This document shows positions 1 through 9,797 of a DNA stretch of 45,788 nucleotides, one piece after another. The DNA comes from an uncultured Candidatus Saccharibacteria bacterium. Lineage in GTDB: Bacteria > Patescibacteriota > Dojkabacteria > B142 > OLB20. The stretch covers positions 1 to 45,788 of the forward strand of contig CAYWVD010000002.1 of NCBI GenBank assembly GCA_964461915.1, written 5' to 3'. A program made the translations under genes and the position numbers. Position 1 is the stretch's first letter. Every line of letters starts with the position of its first letter. Under the pieces are notes generated by a model, which saw only the letters and a list, made by a program, of their open reading frames with translations, made no database searches and was not told the DNA's origin.

Positions 1-135
1 TGAGCTTACAGGTTTACAATTATTTGGATTGCTTGTCCATGATATGTTGAAGGCTTTAACAGAAAAAGCCCCAACAAATGCTAGGGACATGAATACAAAA
101 ACCGAAGCTAATACTTTTAGCAGTTTATTCTTCAT
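1..135 (-). CDS. 5' end of a secreted protein; gene runs off the left edge
   Basis: ATG at 135 reads MKNKLLKVLASVFVFMSLAFVGAFSVKA-FNISWTSNPNNCKPVSS. It has a basic n-region, hydrophobic h-region and V-K-A cleavage site. Not in the ORF track. Confidence 0.75.
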   Translation of the reverse strand, partial: MKNKLLKVLASVFVFMSLAFVGAFSVKAFNISWTSNPNNCKPVSS

Positions 136-217
136 TTAAAAATTCCTTATCTACTTATTTAGTTTAACAAGTTTGAGAAAAGAAAAAAAGCGAATAGACC
201 TAAAAAAAATGTAAAAT

Positions 218-799
218 TTAATGGAAAGCATACAATTCAACTGGTTTGGCTTTAAAGTGCGGAGTTTGATTAAAATATCCGCGAATATGGTTCAAAAGTT
301 CTTGAGTAGGTACATGAGTATAAAACCATGGAGGCTCTGCACCTACATCCCAAACTGCAAATTCATCGGGAGTATGGTAACGACCATTAGGCATAAGAAT
401 TTGTGGATATCTTATTGCACCAAAAGCATGTGAAGATTCTTCCCCCTCGGGTCCGAATCTAAAAACTGCCAAAACCTTAGCAGCAGATGCGAAAAAATCC
501 ATTACTCTTTGATTATGCAATCCACCAAATGTCATACTAAGATAGTCTATACCTTCTCTTTGACCCCTTAATAAATTCCTAATCTCTTTTCGTGTTAATC
601 CGGCGATTACATTAGCTCCAATTCCTAAAAAGTTGCCTGCAGATTGAGCGCAGATATTATTAAGCTCCCGTTTATCTAGCAATTCTTGAGTAGTATGAGC
701 CGCATCTAGGGCTGGATAAAAAACAGCCCCCGATTGAGTAACAACCATGTATTTACCATATAAAACTAAAAATTCATCAGGTATGACATTTATTTCCAT
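218..799 (-). CDS. hypothetical protein, 193 aa
   Basis: ATG-started ORF 10 bp downstream of rlmN on the same strand; no recognisable motif. Confidence 0.7.
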   Translation of the reverse strand: MEINVIPDEFLVLYGKYMVVTQSGAVFYPALDAAHTTQELLDKRELNNICAQSAGNFLGIGANVIAGLTRKEIRNLLRGQREGIDYLSMTFGGLHNQRVMDFFASAAKVLAVFRFGPEGEESSHAFGAIRYPQILMPNGRYHTPDEFAVWDVGAEPPWFYTHVPTQELLNHIRGYFNQTPHFKAKPVELYAFH

Positions 800-809
800 T
801 CCGAGGAAA

Positions 810-1826
810 TTATGAATTTATTTCTCCGGCCAGTTGGCCACAGGCAGCGCTAACATCCTCGCCCATACTTACGCGGATTGTGTTGTAAACACCATACTTA
901 TCGAGGATAGCTTTGAAGTTTTGAATATTTTCCCGAGATGATTTGTCGTATTTGACTCCCTTAACAGGATTGTATGGAATCAAATTTACATGAGCCAATC
1001 TTCCTCTAAGTAACTTACCTAATCTTTCTGCATGTGAGGATCCGTCATTCACTCCATCAATCATAATGTATTCGTAGGTTATTCTTTTATTTGTTAGATT
1101 TTCGTACTGAGTTAATAATTCAAACAATGGTTTAATTGGATTGGCTTTTGCTATTGGCATTATCGATTCTCGAAGTTCTTGGCTTGGAGCATGAAGACTT
1201 ATAGCTAGTCTTACTCGAAAACCTTTATCAATGAACTTCTTAAGAGGTGCAATAATTCCGGAAGTCGAAACTGTAATTTTCCTCTGCCCAAGATTAAATC
1301 CCTCAGGATCATTTAATATTTTTATGGATTCTTCAACGGAACTTAAATTTAACATCGGTTCGCCCATTCCCATATAGACAACATTAGTGATCTTTTGCTT
1401 TTCTTTTTTTAAGATCCTTGCAAAATACATAACCTGGTCAACGATTTGCTCCGAATTCAAATTCCCTTTAAACCCTAGCTTCCCGGTTGCACAAAATGTA
1501 CAACCTACTGGACAACCGACCATACAACTTACACAAACAGTATTTCGGCCGTCCTCATGTCTCATCAGAACGCTTTCAATATTCTTATCCAGTGATTTAA
1601 CTTTGAATAATACTTTTATTGTATTTCCTTTATCAGAAACCAGTTTTTTTACTTCTTCCAAGGAAGAAAATTCAATATTCTTTTTAAGTTCTTCTCGTAA
1701 ACTTAATGGGAATGGAGTAACTTCATCAAAACCTGAAACGGCCTCTTGATAAAAAGCCTTTTTAAATTGCTTATATCTAAAGCCTGGACTACTGATTTTT
1801 TTTAAATATTCTTCGACTCTTCTCAA
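810..1826 (-). CDS. rlmN: radical SAM 23S rRNA (A2503-C2) methyltransferase RlmN
   Basis: CxxxCxxC (CPVGCTFC), MGMGEP, ISLHAP, TYEY, VNLIPYNP and C-terminal AACGQL motifs; TTG start. Confidence 0.9.
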   Translation of the reverse strand: MRRVEEYLKKISSPGFRYKQFKKAFYQEAVSGFDEVTPFPLSLREELKKNIEFSSLEEVKKLVSDKGNTIKVLFKVKSLDKNIESVLMRHEDGRNTVCVSCMVGCPVGCTFCATGKLGFKGNLNSEQIVDQVMYFARILKKEKQKITNVVYMGMGEPMLNLSSVEESIKILNDPEGFNLGQRKITVSTSGIIAPLKKFIDKGFRVRLAISLHAPSQELRESIMPIAKANPIKPLFELLTQYENLTNKRITYEYIMIDGVNDGSSHAERLGKLLRGRLAHVNLIPYNPVKGVKYDKSSRENIQNFKAILDKYGVYNTIRVSMGEDVSAACGQLAGEINS

Positions 1827-1880
1827 CGTCTATTTATATATTAAATATATACATATATTATATAACATTTTAAGTAAAAC

Positions 1881-1915
1881 AAAAAGGTTGCCGGGTCATA
1901 ACTCCGGCAACCTTT
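1881..1915 (-). terminator. Rho-independent terminator after 1940..2467
   Basis: 12-bp perfect stem AAAGGTTGCCGG/CCGGCAACCTTT, 9-nt loop, followed by a T-run on the minus strand. Confidence 0.85.
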
Positions 1916-1939
1916 CCCCTCTTTTTTAACTATCGGATT

Positions 1940-2467
1940 TTAATCTTCTGACATTCTTCTGAATTGTCTGCCCATTCCCGCTCCCATTCCTTCACCCATT
2001 CCCATACCCATACCCATACCCATTCCCATTCCGTTCATTCCACCAATCATGATATACCTTAAGGGGATATCCTTTTCATCGGCCCAATCACTTAAATCAT
2101 ATCTTAAATTTTGCATTGCTTCATGCCTTGCATCTGCAGTCAGTTCCTGTGAATTGATTTTTTCGATACTTGCTGCAATTTCAGTCTCTTTTGCTAAGAT
2201 TAAGTTTTTCTGAGCTTCTGTGATGTCACCATCTTCAACTGCTTGGGATAATCTTTCGGTTCGTTCTTGAGTTCTTGTTGACTCAAAAACCTGCTCAACT
2301 TCTGAAGGATTCAAATTAAATTTTGTTGCGATATTTTCAACAATTGTTGGATACTCGCCATTTATTAATGCTGAAACATTATTTAATGCGAAAACTCCGC
2401 CAGCAACTGTTGTTGCAACTAAGAGGACTCCCCCTGTTACTACTAAAGCTAGTTTAGTTTTTCTCAT
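1940..2467 (-). CDS. membrane-anchored or secreted helical protein with a Met/Gly-rich tail
   Basis: N-terminal basic plus hydrophobic segment; helical body; C-terminal GMNGMGMGMGMGMGMGEGMGAGMG. Confidence 0.75.
   Translation of the reverse strand: MRKTKLALVVTGGVLLVATTVAGGVFALNNVSALINGEYPTIVENIATKFNLNPSEVEQVFESTRTQERTERLSQAVEDGDITEAQKNLILAKETEIAASIEKINSQELTADARHEAMQNLRYDLSDWADEKDIPLRYIMIGGMNGMGMGMGMGMGMGEGMGAGMGRQFRRMSED
1995..2030. repeat. (CCCATW)6 hexamer array encoding (MG)6
   Basis: Six contiguous cccatt/cccata units seen directly. Confidence 0.9.
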
Positions 2468-2522
2468 AATTTAAATATAAAAAATTAAATTATCTTTAGT
2501 ATATTGACGCTTTATGAAGATA

Positions 2523-3317
2523 TTATGAAGGCTTTAAAACCTTTGCCGTTTTGTATATCTGGAGCCACTTTTCAAATGGCAACTTAGAGGGTGGGATCGA
2601 TAAATCGAGACCGATATCTTTTTTTATCCTTTTTATTTGATTAAACGAAAATTCAGTTTCTAGTGCATTTTTGAGGATATGTTTTTTTCTATCAAAAATC
2701 CTTGTAACAAATTCGATGAACGCATCCTTTTCAAAATCAATTTTATTTTCATCTATTTTTTTAAATCTAACAAGAATAACATCGGCCTTGGGGATTGGCT
2801 GAAAGTCGAATTTTGAGAATTGATGGGTAATTTCCCCAATAAATTGACACTTTAACTTCATACTTAAAATACTTTCCTGGGAATATGGCAACCCTAAAAA
2901 TCTATAGCCCGCACCTTTTTCTAAAAATATATACGAATCAATCGGAGGATTGTCGGATAATAAGAGTTTGTTGATGATATCTGCACTAATACTGAAGGGG
3001 ATATTTGAGAACACCTTGTATTTATGTACATTGACAACTTCATTTAAAAAATCTCCCTCAATAACTTCAATATTTGTTATGCAAGTTTCTGAGATTTTTG
3101 CCTTAAGTTCCTTTACAAGTTTTTTATCTAATTCATAAGCAATAACTTTTTGGCATTTTTTTGATAACTCAAAAGACAAGACCCCCTTACCGGCGCCTAT
3201 ATCCAAAACAACATCTTGAGAATTAATTGAAGTTTTTTCCCTAATAATCGATTCTATTAATTTACTTGATTTTATGAAGTTTTGTGAAATGCTTAAATTG
3301 TTGTGTTTTTCTATCAT
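2523..3317 (-). CDS. Erm-like rRNA adenine N6-methyltransferase (Erm/KsgA family)
   Basis: N-terminal SQNF, motif I DIGAGKG, YELD, motif IV NIPF, FQPIPK; C-terminal PSKL..EKWLQIY helical domain. Confidence 0.8.
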   Translation of the reverse strand: MIEKHNNLSISQNFIKSSKLIESIIREKTSINSQDVVLDIGAGKGVLSFELSKKCQKVIAYELDKKLVKELKAKISETCITNIEVIEGDFLNEVVNVHKYKVFSNIPFSISADIINKLLLSDNPPIDSYIFLEKGAGYRFLGLPYSQESILSMKLKCQFIGEITHQFSKFDFQPIPKADVILVRFKKIDENKIDFEKDAFIEFVTRIFDRKKHILKNALETEFSFNQIKRIKKDIGLDLSIPPSKLPFEKWLQIYKTAKVLKPS

Positions 3318-3324
3318 GCGAAAG

Positions 3325-3330
3325 ATTATA
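3325..3330 (-). promoter_or_regulatory. perfect -10 box 7 nt upstream of the erm-like ATG (leaderless-type promoter)
   Basis: Minus strand reads TATAAT-ctttcgc-ATG. Confidence 0.55.
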
Positions 3331-3347
3331 CAACAACTACTAACAGC

Positions 3348-5934
3348 CTATAAACAAGTTTGGACTCGGGGGTAGTATTTTGAAGCAAAAACAGCAAGAT
3401 CAGAAGCATCGATTACGCCATCATTATTGAAATCCTTCCCACCACAGCCAGTCTTAACAATATTACTATCCGAACACTTCTTTTGATAAAACCTTGCAAA
3501 TTCTTCGAGATCAATATAATTGAGAATCGAATCAGAGTTACTATCCATAAGTCCACAATTAAATTCCAATTCGCTCTCACCTCCAGAACTTTTACCGTCA
3601 GCGCATTCACAATAATTGACCCTTATTTGATTATTTGAACATGTCTTAATACATATTTTTATTCCTTCATAATTATAATTAACGCATTGGTAGCCTTTTT
3701 CGTTCCCTGCACAATCAAGGTCACTCGAGCACCCCTTTTCACCGCATTGGAACACACCTGGATCAGGCTTTTCAGTTCGAGTAATTTTGGGTGATGGTGT
3801 TCTTGTCCCCTTTGGAGTATTCGTAGGTCTTTTTGTTTTCGTCGGTCTAGGTGTTTTACTAGGTCTTGGTGTTTTACTGGGCTTTTCAGTACCCTCACCG
3901 TTCTCTAAATCTATTTCGAAAGGCTCGCCAGCATTACCCATGCCATCATAAGCAATTACTTTAATAGTCTTAAGATTTTTTATCGGAGAAAACGAAATGG
4001 TTTTGAATTTGTTATAGATGGTTTTTCTAAGCTCTCCATTGAGCCATAGCTCAACCCTCTGAAGAGATTCATCATTTTCATATTTTAGATCAAGTTTTAA
4101 ACTTGTTTTGTTTTGTAGGGATTCAGCAGAATTACTTATTTCTACATTCGGTGGAGTACCCTTAGATTTAAAAGTTTCGGCAAGATTATTAAGCGTTTTA
4201 TTTAAAACTAAAACAGATGGATAATTAAAAAAATCATTACTGGAATCATCATGCCTCATTAGGCTATCAATTGAAGTTCGATAATAATCAGCATTTTTAC
4301 ATTCAATAAAATAATCATCTTTGGCCACAAATTTACTCCACGATTGATTAGGATTTTTTTGTGAACAATTTCTATCATTATATTGCATTGTCCCAGTTGT
4401 CCCATAACTATACTCGTCGAGTACTCCAAGCGTATGAGCAAGCTCATGAGGACCTACCAAAAAGACATTTCCACCATTCCCGAATGCAAAAATTTCCCCA
4501 TCAATCCAAGTGCAACCACCTTCTTTGTTATTCTGGTAGAGTATTCCTATCTTGTCATACTTTAAGTTTAAAGCCTTTGCTTTTGCTCTTACAGCCTCTT
4601 CATCACAAGTAACACAACCACTTTGAGTAGTTGTGCAGCCAAAGTTCTGACCTCTTTCCATGAATTGCTTTGTTACTCTGACTTGCGTTGATCTTATTTT
4701 AAATGGTTCCAACTTGTAAATTTCGTTTTCGACTTGTGAGAAGCTTTTTTCAAAAGAGTCCTCGGATGAAAAAGAATCGGAAAATATTAGAATATCTAGG
4801 AATCCATCCCCAACACCATAAGTAAAAATCCCTCCCTCTTGAAAATCATTAATTGTCTTATATTCAGCAATAGTTGTTCTAAATAGTTCAACATCTCCTT
4901 TTTTAAGAATCAGAAATTCCTGATCTTTTATTTGTGGAATGAGTGTAGAAAAATCAAGCTCATTAGGGACTTCGCCTTCTTGTGGGGGGGTGATAATAAC
5001 TCTTCATCGGTGTATCGATAAATTTCTCAAACAATGATATTCCCTTATTATCTAAAATTTCTATTGAAAAGGCTTTATTATCTGGTATAACCGACGATGG
5101 GAAGTATCCGTTTACAGATTTTATTTGTTTGAAGGAGAGTGTATCTTCGTCGATTTTATAAGTAAAATACAATTCAAAATAATCAATCTTATTTTTAAGA
5201 TATGATCCAGCACTTGATTCTACGGGCAATAAACTTTGCCTTTCAATTATTACTCCGATTAAAATGGATAAAATCCCTAACAGGATTACTAAGATAGATG
5301 AGAATATATTTCCCCTTTTTTCAACTATGTTTACATCTGAATTCTTATTATTCAAATAGGCAATTGGCAATAAAAATAAAAAAGCACCAATAGCAAAGTA
5401 TATCAATTCAAAAACAATTGGATCTTCATTAGAAGAATTCTCTAAAGGATCAATAATTCTAATTAACGAATTCCCTCTTGCATTTTGAAAGTCTCTTTCA
5501 TATTTTGGAATAATTATTGGCTTTGAATTATTTCCTAATGAGGTAAACTCAACCTCATTTAACGGATTCACCCCATATGTTTCTAGCCTACCTATTAATA
5601 AAGTATTTGAGATCGAATTTTTGTTGGTATATATAATTACACAAAGAGTATCTGAATCATAATCTCCAAATTCGTCAGTATCTTTACATCCAATTTCAGT
5701 TGGGTAAATCGAAGAAATGCTAGCAACTCGGCTTTGAGGGAATTTAAACTTTAGTAAAAATGAGTCTTCATTATAAACATTGTCTGTCGCTCGAATTTCA
5801 AAATAAATATTGTCTGTATAAATAATTTCTTCTTTTTCATAAGAATTTACTATATTCGTGCCGAAAAGGTAAAACATAAAAAGTCCCAAGATAAAGGACA
5901 TTATTGATAAGGTGATTTTAATGATCTGCTTCAT
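3348..5934 (-). pseudogene. frameshifted M64-like zinc metallopeptidase with Ig-like domain, P/T/K/R linker, Cys-rich module and dockerin-like EF-hand pair (~861 aa if restored); paralog of 5935..8742
   Basis: ORFs 4963..5934 and 3348..4712 join into one frame if the C7 run at 4984-4990 is C6. The restored junction reads HPPQEGEVPNELDF...GFLDILIFSD...LEPFKIRSTQV, matching GYLDIAIIGN...FEPYNFRRSQV in the paralog. HELAHTLGVLDEY and DSNSDSILNYID/DFNNDGVIDASD motifs are present. Confidence 0.85.
4984..4990. repeat. G7/C7 homopolymer at the frameshift site
   Basis: tgt-ggggggg-tg seen directly. Confidence 0.9.
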
Positions 5935-8742
5935 TTAATTGTAACAATCTTTAGATCTTGGCGAATATTTATTTGCGAAATGTCCAAGATCAATATAGTC
6001 GATCTGTCCATCCTTATTAGAATCTTTACCACCACAAGGCCCAAAGTTAACAGAACTATCTTTGCATTTGTCTCCATAGACAATTGCAAAACTAGCTAGA
6101 TCAATATAATTTAATATACCATCATTATTGATGTCCATTGGACCGCAATTCACGACTTTTTTTGATTCTTGGCAAACACAAATATTTATCTGCACCTCGT
6201 TCGGCTTACAAACTTTTTTGCATATTTTCACAGGATTCTCAGGATTCATTGCATTCGTTACACACTTGTAATCAGGACTCCCTAAACAATCTGAATCTTT
6301 GTTACAACCAGTTACGCCACATTTTAATTGTAATTTATTTGTCGAAGTCGGTGATGGAGTAGGAGATTTAATAACCTTTTTCGTAGGTTTTGGTGTTGGT
6401 GTTTTTGTAGGTTTTTTAGTGGGTTTTTCGGTTGGTTCCTCGGGTTCATCGGTTGGTTCCTCGGGTTCATCGGTTGGTTCCTCAGGAGTATCCGTTGGTT
6501 CCTCGGGTTCATCGGTGGGTTCCTCTGGCTCTTCGGTGGGTTCAGGATCATCTGTCGGTTCCTCTGGAGAATCTGTCGGATCATCATCTCCGATTCCATC
6601 AGGATTTAACTTTATTGTTGCTGATTTACCAGTTCGATCTATTGAGTCGTATGCCTTTATTGTAAGTTGAACTTCTTTATTCGGGATAGTGATATTTTGT
6701 AATGCTTTTGAAATATTTTCAAAATCCTCATATTCAGTAAACATAATTTCATTATCGATCCATAATTCTACTCTTTGGAGATGTTCAGCATTCTCGTAAG
6801 CTATTTCCATATCAATCTTTCCATTAACTTTCTCGTGATTTTTAGGACTTAAGATTTTAGCATCTGGAGCTGGATCATCTGTTGTAAATTCACCTGTAAA
6901 AGCGTCAATTTCATCTAAAATAATCTTTAAAGAAACGGCATTGTAATATCTGGAGTCTTCATCAAAGCGCATAACACTATCAAATGATGTTCTCCACAGA
7001 TTTGTTCTTAAGTCACATCCTTGACTATAGCTGTATTTGCCAACAATATCCTTCCATGCGGGATTTTGATTGGAATCATGACAGTTTAAGCCAGTAATCC
7101 TTAGGGGGGCAGAATTTGTCCTATTTGTATATTCATCAAGTAAACCAAGGCCATGCGAAAGTTCATGAACAAAAACGCTATCAGGAGTGCTTCCTACACA
7201 TAAAAAGAAATATTCTGTTCCTACACCAGTTGAGGTTCCACATCTTTTATTTTCATTATGTATTACCGCAATTTTGTCATATTTTATTTTCTTTTGATTC
7301 AAAATATTAGTTACTAGACTATAGTCACACATAATAAATGTAGACGCATCAGCAGTTCTACAGCTTAGACTCTGAGTATTTTCCACAATCGAAAATCTTA
7401 CCTGGGATCTCCTAAAGTTATATGGCTCGAATTCTAATACAGCCTTTTTTATACTCTCAGCTAACGTTTTAAAACTGTTCATACTATTACTGGTATAACC
7501 GTTTCCGATTATCGCAATGTCGAGGTAGCCATCATTTTTACTTGCTTGATCCATTCCATAAATATCTATTATAGTTTCATTATCAACATCTCCGTCAGGA
7601 TAATACTCAGATATATCGAAATCCTGGATTAGAGAATCATTCAAATAAACCGATAAAGCTTTTTCGCTCTTTAGCTGTGGAACATTCACAATTATATCGA
7701 GGACATCATAATCAGAAGGGATTGAATTTGCCCAATTAGGATCTGTTGGTAAATTAGTTTCGGGATCAATTATAGGGTTAATCAAAATCTCTGGAATGGT
7801 CACACCCAATTCGTAAAGAGAATTCCCAGTAAAATCCTCCACCTTAATTTTAAGGGGTGAATCAGGATTGCTTTGTATTTGTGGGATAAATCCAAAGCCA
7901 GGAGAAACTTCACTTGAAACAATCGAATTTGTCCTCCAATTATATTTTATTAAAACTTGTAAATATTTAACCGGTTTATTTAATTGAGATAATGCATCAA
8001 TTACAATGGGTGCTTGGCTCTTTTGCCCTAGATATAATCCCACAATAATTGAAATTATTCCGATAAAAGCTATTAGAACGACCTCCAACAGTAATTTCCC
8101 TTTGGATTTTGTGTTTTCTTTCAATGCCTTTTGTGAAGAGATCTTTTGCCTTATAAATAATGAAGACAAAACAAATATAACCCCTATGATAAAAAGAACG
8201 ATATTAAGGTATCCTATACGATCGATTGGGGCATCTTCTTTAAATCGTGGAATTGAATTGACCACACCTTTAAACTCATTCATATTCACAACAAACTGAT
8301 CTTTTGAAAATTTCGGCTCTATCAGTAAGTTCTCATCATACACACCTTGATTATCTGTAAAAGTAGATTCTTTAACAGAATTTACAAATGGATTCATCTC
8401 GTTTGATTGAATGGTCCCCCAAATCAATGGGATATTATCAGTGGTATTGGAATCAAGTGGACTAACCTTAAGACAAATTTCCGACTTTGATGAATATGTA
8501 CATGTATCTTTGATTTCGCCACTTGAAAACAATTCTGTGACAATGCTATTAGGGAATGATATTTTGAAATCATGCGAAATTGCCGAAGAAGAATCAGTTC
8601 CACTGAAAACTTCGAAATATTGAATAATTGCAAATCCTGGGCTATTTAGTCCATTGATTATCTTGACGCCCGCACCAATTATTAAAAGAGCCCCAATCAA
8701 TAATGGGGCTAGAAAATATAGGCTTCTCTTTATACTTTCCAT
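5935..8742 (-). CDS. three-TM surface M64-like (IgA peptidase-like) zinc metallopeptidase with Ig-like domain, acidic P/T/E linker, Cys-rich module and dockerin-like repeats
   Basis: HELSHGLGLLDEY (HExxH..L.DEY), YLDIAIIGNGY, SVMR, DINNDGILNYID and DSNKDGQIDYID. ATG at 8742 follows the TTG chosen by the ORF track. Confidence 0.8.
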   Translation of the reverse strand: MESIKRSLYFLAPLLIGALLIIGAGVKIINGLNSPGFAIIQYFEVFSGTDSSSAISHDFKISFPNSIVTELFSSGEIKDTCTYSSKSEICLKVSPLDSNTTDNIPLIWGTIQSNEMNPFVNSVKESTFTDNQGVYDENLLIEPKFSKDQFVVNMNEFKGVVNSIPRFKEDAPIDRIGYLNIVLFIIGVIFVLSSLFIRQKISSQKALKENTKSKGKLLLEVVLIAFIGIISIIVGLYLGQKSQAPIVIDALSQLNKPVKYLQVLIKYNWRTNSIVSSEVSPGFGFIPQIQSNPDSPLKIKVEDFTGNSLYELGVTIPEILINPIIDPETNLPTDPNWANSIPSDYDVLDIIVNVPQLKSEKALSVYLNDSLIQDFDISEYYPDGDVDNETIIDIYGMDQASKNDGYLDIAIIGNGYTSNSMNSFKTLAESIKKAVLEFEPYNFRRSQVRFSIVENTQSLSCRTADASTFIMCDYSLVTNILNQKKIKYDKIAVIHNENKRCGTSTGVGTEYFFLCVGSTPDSVFVHELSHGLGLLDEYTNRTNSAPLRITGLNCHDSNQNPAWKDIVGKYSYSQGCDLRTNLWRTSFDSVMRFDEDSRYYNAVSLKIILDEIDAFTGEFTTDDPAPDAKILSPKNHEKVNGKIDMEIAYENAEHLQRVELWIDNEIMFTEYEDFENISKALQNITIPNKEVQLTIKAYDSIDRTGKSATIKLNPDGIGDDDPTDSPEEPTDDPEPTEEPEEPTDEPEEPTDTPEEPTDEPEEPTDEPEEPTEKPTKKPTKTPTPKPTKKVIKSPTPSPTSTNKLQLKCGVTGCNKDSDCLGSPDYKCVTNAMNPENPVKICKKVCKPNEVQINICVCQESKKVVNCGPMDINNDGILNYIDLASFAIVYGDKCKDSSVNFGPCGGKDSNKDGQIDYIDLGHFANKYSPRSKDCYN
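6429..6585. repeat. imperfect 21-bp tandem array encoding PTDEPEE repeats
   Basis: Unit CGGTTGGTTCCTCGGGTTCAT, about 7-8 degenerate copies, in frame inside 5935..8742. Confidence 0.85.
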
Positions 8743-8792
8743 CAATTAATTTGAGGAATATATAAATATTTTCTGATATTTGAAAAGACAAG

Positions 8793-9791
8793 TCAAATGG
8801 CAAGAAATAAAGCCAGAAGAGGATAGACAGGCAATATATACCAGGCAAGTTTTGTTTGAGCCAATGTGAACAATAATATTGAAAGGAATATAAATATTAT
8901 TGAATATTGTATTACCTTTTTAACAAGAAAATTTTTCGGTTTTCTTAGGGTAAATAATTTAAAAACGACCGGAATCCCAAGAGCATTCATCCTTGGATCA
9001 AGTAATATCCCCAAATAGAACAGGATTGATTCATTATGCCCTTCTAAAGGAGTTATTGCCCTACTTAGAATGTGATAATCCACAAAGTTATCCACAAAAC
9101 CCGCCCCGAATTTTAAATACATGATAACTATCCATAGAATGATTGGGATTGTGAATAATACTATCCCAGCAATGATTTCTTTAACTCGTTTTTGTTTAAA
9201 AATGTAAAACGAATTGATTAGTAAAGGAATAAAAACAAATGGCCCCTTTGTTAAAAAACCTAAACTTAAAGATAAATAACTAAGGTATATATTTTTTGTA
9301 GTTAATTTTTCAGATATAAAAATCAAGAAAAAGGATAAAACTATGAAAAATATTTGAAGGGTATCGAGATCGAACGAACTAAAAGTATGCGAAGCAAAAT
9401 ATCCCGCAGGATTAACGAAATACAATTGGGGAATCAATAATATCAGGTATAGAAACACTATTGCTTTTGAAAAACTTACATTCTTTTTTATTAAAATAAA
9501 TAACAAAAAAACGATACCGAGTGCAGCAATCACACTCACGATGCGCCCACTATGCTCAATTCCGGTTATTGGAGAGATTATTATCGAAAGATAATAGAAC
9601 AAAGGGGGCTTTTCAAAGAAATTTTCATCATTTAGTTTTAAAAAAATTGATTGCCCTTGTATTGTATCTTTAACTACTTCAATATTTGTTTGTTCGTCCC
9701 AGCGTTCAAAACCTGCTTGAAAAGCCCCATTTAAGAGCAATATCAAAAATATGGAAAAACCAAGGATGGTGAGGATTTTTTTAAGGATCAT
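8793..9791 (-). CDS. ArnT/PMT-like GT-C membrane glycosyltransferase
   Basis: WDE, FEKPPL, LTKGP and TKLAWYILPVYP motifs; multiple TM helices. Confidence 0.8.
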   Translation of the reverse strand: MILKKILTILGFSIFLILLLNGAFQAGFERWDEQTNIEVVKDTIQGQSIFLKLNDENFFEKPPLFYYLSIIISPITGIEHSGRIVSVIAALGIVFLLFILIKKNVSFSKAIVFLYLILLIPQLYFVNPAGYFASHTFSSFDLDTLQIFFIVLSFFLIFISEKLTTKNIYLSYLSLSLGFLTKGPFVFIPLLINSFYIFKQKRVKEIIAGIVLFTIPIILWIVIMYLKFGAGFVDNFVDYHILSRAITPLEGHNESILFYLGILLDPRMNALGIPVVFKLFTLRKPKNFLVKKVIQYSIIFIFLSILLFTLAQTKLAWYILPVYPLLALFLAI

Positions 9792-9797
9792 TTAAAA

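Noticed and set aside
810-1826. Cfr resistance methylase
   Set aside because: MGMGEP, TYEY and LIPYNP are RlmN-type; Cfr has MGMGEA, IAY and RSQFG. A phylogeny would settle it.
6429-6585. 21-bp repeats as a CRISPR array
   Set aside because: Contiguous with no spacers, codon-degenerate, in frame within a protein linker, and no cas genes nearby.
6299-6670. Overlapping ORFs 6299..6670(+), 6324..6599(-) and 6432..6665(+)
   Set aside because: Shadows of the stop-free repeat linker of the real gene.
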